This document shows positions 63,564-64,000 of a DNA stretch of 64,000 nt, in pieces. The stretch's first letter is position 1, and the number at the start of each line of letters is the position of its first letter. A model generated the notes under the pieces. The model was not told the DNA's origin and ran no database searches. It saw nothing but the letters and a program-made list of their open reading frames with translations. The stretch lies in assembly GCA_963764625.1 (NCBI GenBank), contig CAVXTH010000009.1, forward strand, positions 480,001 to 544,000, given 5' to 3'. The DNA is from Candidatus Krumholzibacteriota bacterium. Its GTDB lineage: Bacteria > Krumholzibacteriota > Krumholzibacteriia > JAJRXK01. A program made the translations under genes and the position numbers.

Positions 63564-63669
63564 GGATTTCTCCTTTTCTCCGCATCGAGGGGGGATCGAG
63601 ACGTGTTTTCGTTCGAGGGTTTCAGTTTAATCGCACACCCATTTGCGGGCAACGTCACCACTCGCGCGC

Positions 63670-64000
63670 TCAATCGGCGGTGAGCTCGATCCTCAGGTGT
63701 TTCAGCGCGCGGCGAAACTCCGCCGGTAGATCCGCCTCGGCCGCGAACCCCACGGCTGGCTCCTCGAGTTCGAGACTCTTCGCGTGCAGCAATTGATGGT
63801 CGAGGAAGCCGCGCAGCTTCGCGGCTTCATCTTTGTCGGGGTCGCCATAGCGCGGATCACCCACCACCGGCAGGCCGTGCGCCTTGCAGTGAGCGCGGAT
63901 CTGATGGGTGCGTCCGGTGAGGACTTCGGCTTGCAGGAGGGACGAGGCTGGGCCGGCGGCGATCCAACGAAAGCGCGTGCGCGCGGGGAGACCCTCCTGG
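63670..64000 (-). CDS. RluA-family pseudouridine synthase, 3' part (runs off window end)
   Basis: LTGRTHQIRAH...VVGDPRYG...QLLHA. Confidence 0.85.
   Translation of the reverse strand, partial: QEGLPARTRFRWIAAGPASSLLQAEVLTGRTHQIRAHCKAHGLPVVGDPRYGDPDKDEAAKLRGFLDHQLLHAKSLELEEPAVGFAAEADLPAEFRRALKHLRIELTAD

Overview
The window has two halves. About 1-33.2 kb is a mosaic accessory island organised around eight co-oriented copies of one end of an IS91/ISCR-type rolling-circle (HUH) element. Each copy starts at (A)CGGATAGTGGATTGTATACGGCGC (2019, 5236, 7021, 17334, 20526, 22613, 27417, 32444) and ends at a different point inside the element. Only one copy (17334-19123) encodes a full transposase, and two are 736-bp internally deleted mini-elements. 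Between the copies are unrelated DNA segments that often begin or end mid-gene. They are rich in secreted proteins (FlgD-Ig tails, WGxLKxxY/F tails, lipoproteins, an FG-GAP protein, a Cys-rich peptide fused to a Hint domain, an M16 peptidase), and also hold an AIPR fragment and IS30, IS3, IS66 and IS256 pieces. I interpret this as an integron-like gene-capture array built by a rolling-circle transposase (inference). About 33.2-64 kb is ordinary GC-rich core genome: an HNH protein, pruA, arfB, hemH, a B12/iron ABC transporter with a PduO-type adenosyltransferase, peptidases, polysaccharide genes, gmhA, bcp, a superoxide reductase-like gene and a partial RluA. The C-terminal motifs suggest an FCB-related candidate-phylum host such as Krumholzibacteria, Eisenbacteria or Latescibacteria (inference only). 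All family calls are from motif recognition, not database searches, and several frameshifts could be long-read errors.
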